64,000 nt of DNA from Diplonema japonicum (GCA_964019335.1 OZ025688.1:372001-436000), one strand, 5' to 3'; counted from the first letter of the stretch, positions 11,539-24,290 are shown. Notes: generated from the sequence alone by a model not told the origin. Numbers and translations: made by a program.

Positions 11539-13026
11539 ATGTTCGCACTAACCCAAACAATGAAAGCGGTAAGAAGCCTGCACCAAGACGAGAAGAAGAA
11601 GCAAGCCAAAAAACCAAACAAACCTTATTTGAAAGAGGGTGGATGGTACCGGGTGTTGCCAACGGTCTCTGTTCAAATTAACAAGGACGGGCCCTTCTTC
11701 AAAATGATGGACGCAGACAGCGAAGAGGCAGAGGCAGGCAACTTCAGACATAAACAGCAACTCCTCGCCGTGGCACGCCACTTCGACACCTATAAGACGT
11801 ACAAAGAACTCGTAAAAACCCGCGCAGAGAAACGAATGAACATAATGACAATGTTGGCCACCTCTGCAGAGCACTACTTGACAAGGTGGAACGAATTACA
11901 AGGCCAGGAAAGCGAAGAAGCACAAGAACAACTTCAAGCCTTAACACGCAGGCTGACAGAAAGAGCGAACTACGAGGAAATGCTACGGTGCGAAGCTGCC
12001 GCCGACGGTGAAGAAACCATCCGTTTGAAAAACACATTTACAAAAGCAAAAGCCAGCCTCCCTAGTCTCATCGATACAGGGCTGCTCCGTAAAACTGGTA
12101 AGGCGATTCTGTCAACACTGAAGATCAACAAAGCAATCCGACGGCCGTCTCAAAAACAAGAACACGAAGGCGTGTTTTCTTCAGAAGTTACAAATGTACA
12201 GCTCCCGGATGGGGCTGAAGAACCCCCCGGTGCAGTTCTTTCTGGAGATTCATCGTTTTGTCTCGAGAGCAAAGTGTCGAATGAACAAGATTTAAAAACT
12301 TCTGCCGGCAATATCTCCATGATGAACAGTGCAAGCTCTGTCACTGCCCCGACTGAGGAGGAAGCATCAACAACGGACCTCAACAGCAGTTTATTTGAGG
12401 ACTCCGCCGATGGTTCGGGCTACCTCGATGCGCCGTCGGACACCGCAGGGGAGTGGGGTGGGGTGTTTTTGAACATGCACGGGATGTGGCCTGTCAAACG
12501 GCATAACACCGCCTGCGCTCGCCGCAAGAGGGAAACAGGGTACGACCCCTTCCACAAGAAACAGCTGGGCTTGACACCATGCTTCAAAAGAAAATTTTAC
12601 GGCAATGAAGCTTCGCCTTTCTACCACCACCTTATTGTCCCGCCTTGTCCACCACAGCCTTGGAAGGTCTCTGTCCGAGGCTCAGAGAACGGATTTGTTC
12701 TATTTAAGCGACACGGGGTCCCTCCCTCTCAGCCAAAATCTAAGTCCAACCCTGGCCCACGGAAGACTTCATCGGCGGTTGTTTTCGCTGAACCGCGTGC
12801 TCTGCCCCTCGACATAGGAAGCCCTCCGCCACGGGTGAGGCCGCGCACCGTTCCTGCAAAACGGTTTCACAAAGGGCTGTCCTTCCCCAGGGCGGTTGCG
12901 GCAGAGAAATGCTTCGAAGAGAGGGTGCCCGTCCATGGCGGGAAGGCTCTTGGGACGGTCGACCTTGGGACACCTTGGAAAACCCCTTATGCACGACAGC
13001 AACCGGTGGTTTCTATCCCGGTTTGA
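11539..13026 (+). CDS. Hypothetical protein (495 aa, S/P-rich C-terminal half)
   Basis: Long homopolymer-free ORF directly after an A-run. Confidence 0.75.
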   Translation: MFALTQTMKAVRSLHQDEKKKQAKKPNKPYLKEGGWYRVLPTVSVQINKDGPFFKMMDADSEEAEAGNFRHKQQLLAVARHFDTYKTYKELVKTRAEKRMNIMTMLATSAEHYLTRWNELQGQESEEAQEQLQALTRRLTERANYEEMLRCEAAADGEETIRLKNTFTKAKASLPSLIDTGLLRKTGKAILSTLKINKAIRRPSQKQEHEGVFSSEVTNVQLPDGAEEPPGAVLSGDSSFCLESKVSNEQDLKTSAGNISMMNSASSVTAPTEEEASTTDLNSSLFEDSADGSGYLDAPSDTAGEWGGVFLNMHGMWPVKRHNTACARRKRETGYDPFHKKQLGLTPCFKRKFYGNEASPFYHHLIVPPCPPQPWKVSVRGSENGFVLFKRHGVPPSQPKSKSNPGPRKTSSAVVFAEPRALPLDIGSPPPRVRPRTVPAKRFHKGLSFPRAVAAEKCFEERVPVHGGKALGTVDLGTPWKTPYARQQPVVSIPV

Positions 13027-13114
13027 GTTCTTTTTTTTTTTTTTTCCGTAACGAGGGATAAAAAAAAAAAAAAAAAAAAAAAGAGGAGTGGGCAAAAAAA
13101 AAAAAAAAAAAAAA

Positions 13115-14038
13115 ATGCACTCCTCCCCAGAGGTAAGGATCCACCAGTACGAAGCGATTGCAGAGTTCAGACGTGAGATGCGGGTTTTGCAATATCCATT
13201 GGAAGAAAAGGCTTTCCGGGATCGCGCGGGAGAACTGAGGGAGACGTGCTTGGAGGGGCTGGAGGAAGGGGGCAAGGTTGAGGTACTGAGGCTCATGGGC
13301 GAAGAGGAAGAGGAATTCGAAACCATGAACAAGGAGCTGTTAAGGCTGCACGTCGTAACAGAGGGCGTGAAATCATCCCGACTCAACGAGGCCTACTGTG
13401 TCTATCAAACCATGATGGGTGCTCTGGAGCTACCTATGCAACAAGCTCTCTTCCTGGCTATGCACAATGAGAGCACGGTCGAAGCCATAAGGATCATGCA
13501 ACACGCTACTCGAGAAGAAAATATTAGGCTCAAAGATCTCATCTTTGAATCCTTCAAAGAATTCCTCTTGGAGAATGACGCTAAAACCGCAACCGGTTTT
13601 CTCATGAAACGGGGGGATTTTAGACATAGCTGGAAAATGAGGTTCTTTGAGCTATCTGAAAAGGGGATTTCGTACACAAAGGATGGGGAGGCAAACAGCA
13701 GGGGTTTCATCAATATTAGCGAAATAGTGGGAGTGACGGAAGATTCGCCCCATGTCCCGCCCCAGGCAGATATCTCAAGGTTGCTGGAAAAAACAGACTT
13801 CAGTGCAGGTGAAGAGCTGTGTAGCACTTCGTCATCTCTAAGCAGCTCTCTCTCTCTGGCCCCGCGAGATGCTGTTCCCCCCTCTTGGAGTTTTCCTTTC
13901 TCCGTGCAAACCCCAAAGCGCGAGTTTCATCTTTCTGCCCCAACAGCACGTCACCGAACTATATGGGTGTCCACCATCTGCAATGTTTGCAGAATCCACA
14001 CTGTCGACCCTTCGCTTCTAATGGTTAAAGAAGGCTGA
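13115..14038 (+). CDS. PH-domain protein
   Basis: GFLMKRGDFRHSWKMRFFEL...RGFINI...FSVQTPKREFHLSA...WVSTI. The ATG at 13115 follows an A-run. Confidence 0.85.
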   Translation: MHSSPEVRIHQYEAIAEFRREMRVLQYPLEEKAFRDRAGELRETCLEGLEEGGKVEVLRLMGEEEEEFETMNKELLRLHVVTEGVKSSRLNEAYCVYQTMMGALELPMQQALFLAMHNESTVEAIRIMQHATREENIRLKDLIFESFKEFLLENDAKTATGFLMKRGDFRHSWKMRFFELSEKGISYTKDGEANSRGFINISEIVGVTEDSPHVPPQADISRLLEKTDFSAGEELCSTSSSLSSSLSLAPRDAVPPSWSFPFSVQTPKREFHLSAPTARHRTIWVSTICNVCRIHTVDPSLLMVKEG

Positions 14039-15039
14039 TTTTTTTTGTTATTTTAATTTTAAAAAAAGAGATTTTTTTTTGTTAGCTCATACCTGTGGTT
14101 TAAGAACAGGAGGGAGGGGGGGGGGGGATAGTGTATTCTATATTTTTTTGTTGAACGTTTTAAAGAAGAAAAAAAAAAAAAAGAGGTTATCACTGTTGTC
14201 ATCTCTATACAGTTTTTGAGTGTTATGTTATACCGCTGTGGTCCCTCTTTTTTTTTTTCTTTCTATTTCTTTTTTCCCCCTCCTCCCTGCCTTTTCCCAC
14301 CACCCAACCACCTCTCTCCTCTAGTTCCATCAGCTTTTTTTTTCATCACACTGTCTTCTAGTACTACTGTACAGTGGAGGGGAGATTAAAAAAAATGGTA
14401 GATTCCCGGAAATTGGGGGGGAGAGGGAGGCACAAAAAAAAACAAAGCCTGAAAATTCTAGATAAAAATATGTGGGAGGAGGGGGGTAAGAAAGATTATT
14501 GCGGGTTGTATTTCCCCTTTCTACCACATTATTTTTTACTTCACCGTTATTGTTTTCTTTTTTTTCTCTTTTGAATTCTAATTAACTTATCTACGTGGGG
14601 GGGGGGGGGGGGGGGGGAAACTATCGTTGAGTGAGGGAGAATAATAATAAAAAAAAGAAATGAAAAAAAAGGAAAAATAAAAGGGGCAATCAAACTCAGT
14701 TGACACTCTCTAGCCTAAGGCGATCAGTGCCCTGTAAAAAAAAAAAGAAAAAAAAAAGAAAAAAAAAAACAGTAACAAAAGACCCCCTCCACACTCAGTT
14801 TTGCTTCAGTTCGGCACTGAATGAAAGTAGAGAATGAAAGAAGAGAGGGGGGGGAAAAAAAGGGAAAAAAAAAAAAAAAACCACTATTCACACCAAAATG
14901 AAATTTTATGTCACCCTCTTTTTTTTTTAAAAAAAATTCATTGTTCGTTGTGAATAAAATAGGCCTTATTTATTTATTTTTTTCCCTTCTTTTTTTTTTT
15001 TTTTTTTTAATTTCTCTTTTTAAATGCCTGTAAAAACGA

Positions 15040-15205
15040 AAAGATTGTTTTCATATCCTTCAGCATCTTAGGGGCCCGACGGCACAGCCACGAGAGGGAA
15101 CCCTCTTCTCCTCGAGCCATGCAGTCACTGCAGGCACCAGACAGAAAAAGCAGAACACTGGCCGGTGGAACTGAAGTTTAAAATCGAGTTTCTGACGAAG
15201 ATTTT
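15040..15205 (+). pseudogene. Decayed fragment homologous to the putative tyrosine-recombinase 3' region at 39790-40040
   Basis: Shares ggggcccgacg, ctcttctcctcgagcca and cactgcaggcaccagacag with 39820-39970. HILQHL aligns with HTLRHL. Confidence 0.45.
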
Positions 15206-15233
15206 TCGTTTTGCAGTGTGTGTGTTTTTTTTT

Positions 15234-15976
15234 TTTTATTTCACTCTTCAGAAATTACTTCACGCACTGGGGGGCCCATTACTTCACGCTAAATCTCATT
15301 ACTTCACGGTGAAATAATGGCCTGTTTTCCGTGAAGTAATAGGGGGTTTCCGTTAAATAATATGCCTCGGTAGGCCAATTTTTGCCTCGGTTCGGTTCCC
15401 AGTGGGGCTACTTTTTCCTCTCAGTTTGCTATTTCCCCCCAGGTTCAGCTCAATTGGCCAACTTTTGCCTCGGCTCAGTTCCAAGTTGGACTACTTTTTC
15501 CTCCCAATTTGCCCACTTTTGGCTAGGCCTTGTTCCCAGTTTCTGTGGGTAACTCTTCTGTGGGTAAGGGTAACTTAGTCAGCTTACCCAAGCACCCCAA
15601 AAGACTTCAAAATACCGAAGCAGCAGAAAAAAAGGAGCCAGCGGCCGCGCCAGGTATGGGAAGGCCTGATTAGAGATGGTGACAGTGGCAATGCCAGCGA
15701 CAGCGGCAGCTCTTAGTCAACAAAAGGAGGGAAAACAACTTGTATTGTAACCTTTGTAACCCCTCTCTTGTTGTACCCCTTGTCACCCTGTTGTGCCCCT
15801 CGTGGTGAAGTAATTTCAGAGTGTCATGAAATAAAACCACTTACCTACCGCCAAGTAATGCTTTACCGACCTCTCGGTTCCGCATTTTACCATCTCGGGC
15901 CCTGCGGGCCCTCGACGGTAAAATGCGGAACCTCGAGGTAACGGTAAAGTCATTACTTGTTGGCAGTAAATAGCTA
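15234..15976 (+). mobile_element. Non-autonomous hairpin-ended element, family A copy 1 (Crypton-like)
   Basis: Appears identical to 22456-23198. It has imperfect subterminal inverted repeats (ttttatttca...gaaattacttcac), a ~120-nt terminal hairpin at 15846-15968, T-runs on both flanks, and an internal 32/37 nt match to the recombinase remnant at 52474. Confidence 0.8.
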
Positions 15977-16056
15977 TTTTTTTTTTTTTTTTTTTCCTCT
16001 TCTGTTTTTGTATGTTAAACTACAAACTAAAACCAAATATGGTCTTTTTTCTCTCT

Positions 16057-16088
<32 letters not shown>

Positions 16089-16552
16089 CCCTCCTCAGTT
16101 ACTTCAATACTGCACCCATTCACTTTCAGGCAGACTTCTAGGCATCCTGAGGATTAATCATCCCGTGGGTGATATTACTTTCGAGTGGAATTAGAGGTGA
16201 AAGCAGTAAGATTGAGGAGAGTTAGCATACTACCTTTATTCACACACCAATTAATTTTCTTATGTCACTTCACTCACGAGAGTGATGTAAGAAAGCATGT
16301 CAGTAGTGATTAGTTTTACCTAGAAAGTATTTTTTTTTTTTTTAAAGGGACCAAAGACTATTACGATTTTTAGCAATTCTAACGCCCGTTCGAAGAAAAC
16401 TTTTTTTTTTTTAAATTTTAATAAAAAAAAAGTTTTTTTTTTTTCCACAGAAACCAGACGGGGGGGAGAAAAAAAAAAAGAAAAAAAAATTCGGTCTCTA
16501 AAAAAAAGAATTACTTTCTTCGTTTCTTTTTTCTTTTTCTTTTTTTTTTTTT

Positions 16553-16596
16553 TTCAGGCGTCCTGCCACATACCGCAGGTACCCTTAAATGTCTCT
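16553..16596. repeat. Dispersed identical 44-mer, copy 1
   Basis: ttcaggcgtcctgccacataccgcaggtacccttaaatgtctct, also at 25605 and 36900. Confidence 0.95.
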
Positions 16597-16899
16597 TTTT
16601 TTTTTTTTTTTTTTGAAATCATAATTCCCTCCCTTAGCCTCTTGAGGGTGGTGACGCTATGACACAGTGTCTCCTTTACATCATTTGAAAAAAAGGTTTT
16701 TTTTTTCTTCTTTTTTGCTCCTGCTTTTCCTACCTCGAGGTAACTAATAACAGAATCCATTTCCATTACTCACAAAAAAGGTAGGGTCTTTCTTCCCTTC
16801 TTCTCATCATTTCTTTTTTAAAGGCTGTTTTTAGTCATTGCATGACCTGTTAAACTATATTAGCAGCAACCATTTACTAAAAAAAAAAAGCTTTGTCAT

Positions 16900-16931
<32 letters not shown>

Positions 16932-16998
16932 CCGTAGTACCATTTCGGTTCAACAAAATCTGATTTTCTTCTTTTTTTTCTTTGCGTAAAAAAAAAAA

Positions 16999-17065
16999 AG
17001 CTATTTATTGCAACGCATAGTGAGTCATTATTTAACTCGAGTCAAATAAAGGCTCATTTGGCGGC

Positions 17066-17070
<5 letters not shown>
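16999..17070 (-). mobile_element. Orphan hairpin end of family B hairpin element
   Basis: Matches 34454-34527 (tgagtcattatttaac...aaataa.ggctcatttggcggcaagta). Confidence 0.65.
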
Positions 17071-17125
<55 letters not shown>

Positions 17126-18659
17126 AATATTAAGAATTGGCTCTCGCCGGTGTGCTTGATGTTTTTCGTTTCTTAAATTCAAAATATTTTCCCTAATTTT
17201 TTTATTCAGTTCCCCCCCCCCCCCCCCCCCTATTACGCAGTATTTCAAGGCAAAGTTGGGCATTTGAGCACCTTTTGACCACTGGGATAAAAAAAGGGGG
17301 GGGGAGTAGGAACAGCGAAATTAATTATTATAATAAATATTTAATTCCGAGCCTCCTCAAACTAAGGGTTTCGTGTAAAAGAAAAAAGAAATTCAATATG
17401 TAACTTCTTTTCAAATAGTCGATGATCGGGCTGAATGTAATACTTTCCCTTTTCAAACAGTTTTTTAATCTTGCTCCTGCCCCCCCCCCCCCCCCCCCCC
17501 CTTCATTCCAATCGTTTTCTGTCTACTTTGAGGGGGGCTCAATTACAAAAAAAAAATGGGGGGTAGGCAAAATACGGCTTTTAATGGCTTGTTTAACACC
17601 TATCTAGAGGGTAAAATGTGTTGTCCTGCCCTGTGGGGGGGGTTTTTTTTTGTCTTTCTTTATTTTCTTCGTCATGCCATTTGTGTCTTGCATCTTCCTT
17701 TCTTTTTCTTGTTTCTTTCTCTCTTTTTTTTTATTTTTATTTTTTTTTTTTCCCTCCCTCCTTATTCCTCTTTTGCGTACGCGTTTTACCCAATAAATGG
17801 TGTTGCAACCGAAGCACTCCCTCCTCCTCCCTAGAAAAAAAAAAGAAAGAAAAGAAGAAGAAGAAAAAAAAAAAGATGGAAGGCAGCACAGTTTTACATA
17901 AACAAAACGCCTGTAGTGAATGTTATTATTTTTTTTTTTCTTCTCTCTTTCAACTTCCCTGGCAAGTGTCTTTCCAAGGTGGAACAGATGCTGGAGAAAA
18001 AAAAAAAAAAAAAGCTAGGGAGGCGGTATTTTTTTTTCTTCTTTTATTAGAGACGAGACCACCATCAACCCGCAATTGCGGCCAATTAGTGTTGCTCACT
18101 CCCCCACGGTAAAATTTAATTAAATTCTGGCTAGTTGGAGGGGAGTATGTTCACGGGTACCCTGCTGGAGTGTTGGGATGGGAGTCTCCTGGCTTGGTGC
18201 ATCCAAAGAGACAAAAAAAAAAAAAAAAAATACAGCACTCCTGACACACAACGACTCTCAGCAGAATTACAAGAAGAAAGAGAATCAAAAAAAGAAAAAT
18301 TAAATAATCTTCTACTGATTCTCGTCAAGGGTAAGCTGTGGACATCCCCTCCCCTTCCCCCCCGAGGAGCCGGAAAAAAAAAAGAACACAAAAAAAAAAA
18401 AAAAGAAAAGAGAAAGAATAGCAGTTTAGTAAAAATATTATTATGTATGCCCTTTTAAGTACTACCCTTTTCTTCTTTACACAAAGAAATATTAAGTTGG
18501 TGTGTTTTTTTTTTTTTATTATTATTTTTTTTATTCCCCCTCTCTCTCTTGGCCGCTTATTTGAAGAATAGAAAATCTCAAAGGAATTTCCCCCCCCCCA
18601 AAAAAAAGAAACAAAGAACCCTCCCCCAACTACTGTCTTTTTTTTCCTCTTTTTTTTTT

Positions 18660-19016
18660 CGGTGAGCGCAAAAACGCATACCTTAAAAGAATAGTTTTTT
18701 TTTTTTTTTTTTTTTTTGCGAACTACTGGAACTGCCAGCTAGATTATTGGTGCATTACATCATCAATTGGTTTTTGTTTCAGGGCACTCTCGAAAATTGT
18801 CCACACGTGGGCACAAAGGCCTACATCGTCTCTGATATGCTGGGGAAGAAAAAAAAGAAAGAAAAGAAGAAGAAAGAGAAGAAGAAAACAAAACTGAATA
18901 AGTTGCCAAACTGTTTCTTTGCGATCAGTAGGGCTTGGCTGCATTTACTGTTTTTTTTTTTTTTTTTTCTTTCTTTCGGCCGGTGAGCGTAAAAACGCAT
19001 ACCTTAAAAAAATAGT
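18660..19016 (+). repeat. Two copies of a 36-nt motif (18660-18695 and 18981-19016)
   Basis: cggtgagcgYaaaaacgcataccttaaaaRaatagt, differing at 2 positions. Confidence 0.8.
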
Positions 19017-19538
19017 CTTTTGTTTTTTTGTTATTTTTTTGTCTTGTTATAGCCCTCCCCCACCCTTTCCATTCTTGCTTTATTCCCACTGATGAGAAAG
19101 TTATTAATTGCTTCACGGGGACTGCCTTCCCTCTCCCTCCACGGCCTTTCTTTCGCGATTTAAAAATTACAAGTAGTTCAGGACTTTGATAACTTTTTTT
19201 TTTTATCCGCTCCCCACTTTCTCTGGTCCAAACCATTTTATTTTTTTGTCGAAAAAAAAAATTCACAGTAGTTCCGCCACTTTCAACACAACAATTTCAC
19301 AGGGAGCCAAAAAAAAAAAAAAAAAAAAAAAAAGAAAAAAAGGAAGAACAAGAAAAAAGAAGGAGAAGAGAAAAAAAGGAAAAAAGAAAGAGAAAGAAAT
19401 AATCAGAAAAGAAATAAATGCCTGAAGTGTTTAAAAGAAATTAAAGTTAAAAAAAAAAAAAAAAAAAAAAAACTCCGCGGGAAGAAGAAGAAAAAGAAAG
19501 AGGAAAAAAAGAAAAGAAAAAAGAAGGGGAAAAAAAAA

Positions 19539-19626
19539 ATGTACCAGCTTAGCATGGGACTGCTTCCTGTGTATGTCCAGCAAGTTGCTGTTCCTGTTGC
19601 CCGGCCGGTGTTGGTTATTCCTACCC

Positions 19627-19666
<40 letters not shown>

Positions 19667-20153
19667 GTACCAAAGGCCCATTCCGCCACCTGTAGTGCCA
19701 GCTCCACCTCCGCGCCAGAGCCCTTCTGAATACCGGGTCGATGTCTTCTTTAAGTACAACCGTTCAGCTATCTATAAGAGCTCTACATCAATTGAAGCAG
19801 GGACTTCTGTCATTATTGATGGTGACAGAGGGTACCACATGGGCACGGTGGCTTCTTGCCGACTGGAAGCAGTGCCCCCACACACACCAGCAGTCTTACG
19901 GATGGCCACCAGGGAGGAGCAAAATCTTGCGCATTCTAATTCGGCAGATGAGGAGGAAGCTATCAGTAAAGCTCAGGAAGTGCTTGATAGACACCTTGTT
20001 GACATGAGAATTTATGGTGCTGAGTTCCAACTTGACCGCAGAAAGCTGACCTTTTACGTAGTTAAGAACAAAGAAGCACCAATGCCCCAGTTCAAGCCTG
20101 TGTTGGGGGAGTTGTACTCTATTTGGAAATGCAGAGTTTGGTTTACTGTGTAA
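19539..20153 (+). CDS. PSP1 C-terminal domain protein with polyQ tract
   Basis: DGDRGYHMG...VLRMAT...MRIYGAEFQLDRRKLTFY...ELYSIWKCRVW is the PSP1-C signature. Contains a (CAA)n repeat. Confidence 0.88.
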
Positions 20154-21888
20154 GAAGGGGGGAAAAGAAATTGTCTTTTTCTGTTCTCAACTACGCTTTT
20201 TCGAAAAAAAGTAATGATATAAAAAAAATAAGGGAGGAAAGAAAAAAAAAAAAAAAAAAAAGAATGAAATGAAAATAGCGGGATTACTCCCCCTTAGCCT
20301 CCCTTTTTTTTTTTTAAAAAAAAAAAATAATGTTTTACCCGTGTTTTGAGCCAAGATGGGAAAATGCAAAAAAAAAAAAAAAAAAAAAAGGAAATTGCCA
20401 TGAGAAATTTGCAAATTTCCCACAGGTTCAACCAGCGCATGTGCGGGAGAAAAAAATAAAGGGAGAAAAAAAAAAAGAAGAAGAAAAAAAAAAAAAAAAC
20501 AAAGGCCAGTTATTTTTTTTTTCGCGAGAATCGTGTTCTAAGAGCTCGGGGGAAAACTAACACAAAGCCTAGTGCGCAAGCCAAAGCGCCAGAAATGTTT
20601 TTTTTTTTTTTTTTTTTTTTTACTGGGAAAAAAAAAAAAAAAAAATCCCAGGCCCCAAGTGCAATATCTATTTCTACATTCTTTTATACCTCCTGTACCG
20701 TGTTTTTTTTTTCTTTTCTTTTTTAAATACTGTAGAAAGAAAGAGAGAAGTGCCGTAAAAATGTCTCCTGAGTTTCCCTTTTTTTTTTTTTTTCTTCTTC
20801 TTCGGGACCCGGGGGATTTGTTAGTTGTCAGTCCCGTCACTTCTTTCACTTTACGGTAGCTTTAAAAAAAATCTTTTTTTTAAAAAAAAAATATATAAAA
20901 GTCGTATTTAGGAAGTTCAAAATAAAAATGTCGACGCAGAGCCCTCCAATATTACTCAAAGGGAGGGTGTGGGTGGTGTTTTTTTTTTTTTTTTATTCCC
21001 TTTCTTTGTTTTTCTTTCGGGGTGTCTCTCAATGACCTCCTTTAACTCATACAATGGTCAATAATACGGAATTTGTCATGAACTTGAGAGGGTAAATGTT
21101 AACTCCTAAATAGCCGTTCTCTGCTGGAACTTACCAGTTTATATCTTTGTAATGACAATATTGCGAATAATGGACTAAAAAGAATATATTTTTCCCTGTT
21201 GCTGAAAAATAGGGGAGGGGATCACATCCTCCTGGAAACATTTAAAAAAAAAAAAGAAAACTTTACCGCACCAAAAAAAAACAAGGCCTTTTTAGTAATG
21301 TTCTTCCTCTTCCATTGTGTGATCACTTCCCCAAGAAAGGGAAGAAGGACATACAATTTCGCGGAATTTGAGAAAGTGAGGGAACGGTCTCACGTAAAGA
21401 CCCCCTTCTTTCTCCGAGTTTTTTTTTTTTTTTTTTTTTTTTTTTGCTTCCTCCCTTCAACAAACACATAATGTCAAGAGTTTACTTTCTGTTAATTTGC
21501 TCTTTTTTTTCTCTTTTTTTTTTTCTTCGTTATAAAAAAAAAAAAAAAAAAAAAAAAACATATACGGGGGGGAAAAAAAAAATGGTTATACCGTAACTAT
21601 AACGCTCGACTCTTTCATTTCTTTTCTTTTCTTTTCTTTTCGTTTTTTTTTTTTTTAATTCTCTATATATACGAATATGATCGATCCCCCCCCCCCAGAT
21701 TTTTACCAGAGCGGGGTGTTCTTTTTTTTTCTCTTGTCTAGTTTACCCTTCCTCTTTTTTTTCACACAGCACACACACGAGTACCATACCGATTACAAGG
21801 GGGGAAAAAAAAGCAAAAAGAAAAACGGTTTTTTGACCTTAGGTTTATGCTTACAAGTATGGTAACTTACCACAGGCGATGAATATTT

Positions 21889-22060
21889 GAGCTCGTCCGG
21901 GGAAAAAAAAAAAAAAGGAAAAATACCCACGAATAAAAAAAGAAAAAAAAATTAAAAAAAAAAATGACCCTGCCTTTCGGTGAATACGACATAAACGTAT
22001 TCTTTGCTACACCATGTTTCTTCTTGTGGGTTCCTTTATTTTTTTCTTTCTGACGAGCTC
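21889..22060 (+). mobile_element. Eroded mini-derivative of the GAGCTC piggyBac-like family
   Basis: gagctcgtccgg at the left end and gacgagctc at the right. The left subterminal aaatgaccct is retained but separated from the terminus by expanded A-runs. Confidence 0.55.
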
Positions 22061-22455
22061 AAGGGTATATATGCCACCATCCCCTCCCTGCCCCTTCCAA
22101 AATCCAGACAGAACAGAGCAGAGTTTTTTTTTTCTGGTGCGTTGTAAGCACTGACCAAACTAAGTAGGCCCTGTGTTTTGTTGTTCTCCTCCCCCCCCCT
22201 TCTTTTTTTACCCTGCGAAACACAGCCAGATAAAGAAAAGAGGAACTTTTTTTTTTCTCCTTCCTCTTCTTCTCTCTTCTTTCTTTTTTTTTTTCCTTCC
22301 TCCTCTTTCTTTGTCTTCTTATTCCTTCTGCGCAAATGTCAGTCTTTTTTTTTTTTTTTTCTTTTTTTTTTCTTCCCCCAATAACTGGGTTTTTTGTCCG
22401 CGTGCTGATATTTAAATCGATAATCAACAATTTTTTTTTCGTTTTTTTTTTTTTT

Positions 22456-23198
22456 TTTTATTTCACTCTTCAGAAATTACTTCACGCACTGGGGGGCCCA
22501 TTACTTCACGCTAAATCTCATTACTTCACGGTGAAATAATGGCCTGTTTTCCGTGAAGTAATAGGGGGTTTCCGTTAAATAATATGCCTCGGTAGGCCAA
22601 TTTTTGCCTCGGTTCGGTTCCCAGTGGGGCTACTTTTTCCTCTCAGTTTGCTATTTCCCCCCAGGTTCAGCTCAATTGGCCAACTTTTGCCTCGGCTCAG
22701 TTCCAAGTTGGACTACTTTTTCCTCCCAATTTGCCCACTTTTGGCTAGGCCTTGTTCCCAGTTTCTGTGGGTAACTCTTCTGTGGGTAAGGGTAACTTAG
22801 TCAGCTTACCCAAGCACCCCAAAAGACTTCAAAATACCGAAGCAGCAGAAAAAAAGGAGCCAGCGGCCGCGCCAGGTATGGGAAGGCCTGATTAGAGATG
22901 GTGACAGTGGCAATGCCAGCGACAGCGGCAGCTCTTAGTCAACAAAAGGAGGGAAAACAACTTGTATTGTAACCTTTGTAACCCCTCTCTTGTTGTACCC
23001 CTTGTCACCCTGTTGTGCCCCTCGTGGTGAAGTAATTTCAGAGTGTCATGAAATAAAACCACTTACCTACCGCCAAGTAATGCTTTACCGACCTCTCGGT
23101 TCCGCATTTTACCATCTCGGGCCCTGCGGGCCCTCGACGGTAAAATGCGGAACCTCGAGGTAACGGTAAAGTCATTACTTGTTGGCAGTAAATAGCTA
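22456..23198 (+). mobile_element. Non-autonomous hairpin-ended element, family A copy 2
   Basis: Same length as 15234-15976 and apparently identical (offset 7222), with different sequence beyond the flanking T-runs. Confidence 0.8.
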
Positions 23199-24265
23199 TT
23201 TTTTTTTTTTTTTTTGGGGGACCAATGTTTCCAACCTCCCTGTGGTGGTTCCTGGTAATTGTGGTTTGGAGAAACACAAGCGAAAGGGAAACTCTCGTTC
23301 TAAAGCCGTACACGTGGGGAAACCTGGACGGGTGGAGAGCCCACCCTACGCGTGGCGCCAGTTAGCATCGCCCTCAACGGAGAGTCCCTTATCCCATTAC
23401 ATCGAACAAGGAGGTGGCTTCACCAGGTCAGGCAAGTAGCCTCCCCGCGGCATCGTGCCCCTCCCACAACTCTCCAGTTGGTGTTTAATTGCTTCTGTGG
23501 CCCCTCTCCCTATTTCAATTTCCAAGCTTTCTTTACCTCTCCACTTTTACTTTCTACGGGACCACAGGGGACTTGGGAGGCTTCGGGGCGAAGTTTCACA
23601 AGGGTGGCCGCTGTGTCACATACTGCATGGCACCACTAAAATCGAGACAACTTTTTTTTACATTATAATTTGAAGCACCACACTAGTTCCCCCCCCCCCC
23701 CCCCCCCCCAAATAGCATGCACCTGTCGCCAATTTCCCTTTTTCCGTTCCCCTTTCTTTCTTCATTGTCAAGAAGGAGGAAACGTCCGCCATCCCAGTTT
23801 TTGCCCACCAACCACTACAATTTGTAATAAAGAAAAACATTACCTATTCAAGAGGCTTCTTCAAGAAATAAAAAAATAAAAAATAAAATAAAAATAAAAA
23901 ATTCCTGTTCTGATCCTATATTTTTTTTTGTTTCGGTTTCTTGTTTCTTCTTCTTTTTTTTTTTTTTGAGAGAGCCAACGCAGTGTGCAGAACGAGACGG
24001 ATAAGACGCCCCTTCCCTGCGGACGGGGCAAAGAGGGTCAAGTCGCTCACAGCGATCGGAGGCAAGGCTGCAATAGGCTTTAACAGGAGACCGATCTTCG
24101 CATCAAGACAGACAGCGCAAAAGCTACAGGAGTTGAAAGGGACATACAAGAAAGAACGCGTGTCGAAACTACGAAAAGCTTTAAAGGCGACAATAGGAAC
24201 GAAGGCTATGCTCCAGAAGGGGAGCATTAAGAGATAGGAACTCACACCACAAGAGGCTGTCCTCG

Positions 24266-24290
24266 AGTGGGATTGTCTTTTACTATGAGT
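24266..24290. repeat. Dispersed motif agtgggattgtcttttactatgag followed by a T-run (also 48911, 59953)
   Basis: Three same-strand copies with unrelated upstream sequence. Confidence 0.8.

Noticed and set aside
21592-21606. rRNA/I-CeuI-like TAACTATAACG
   Set aside because: Short match with no surrounding rRNA similarity.
23941-24237. K/R-rich ORF as a gene or retrotransposon C-terminus
   Set aside because: No ATG start in the run-free part and no diagnostic motif. Left unassigned.
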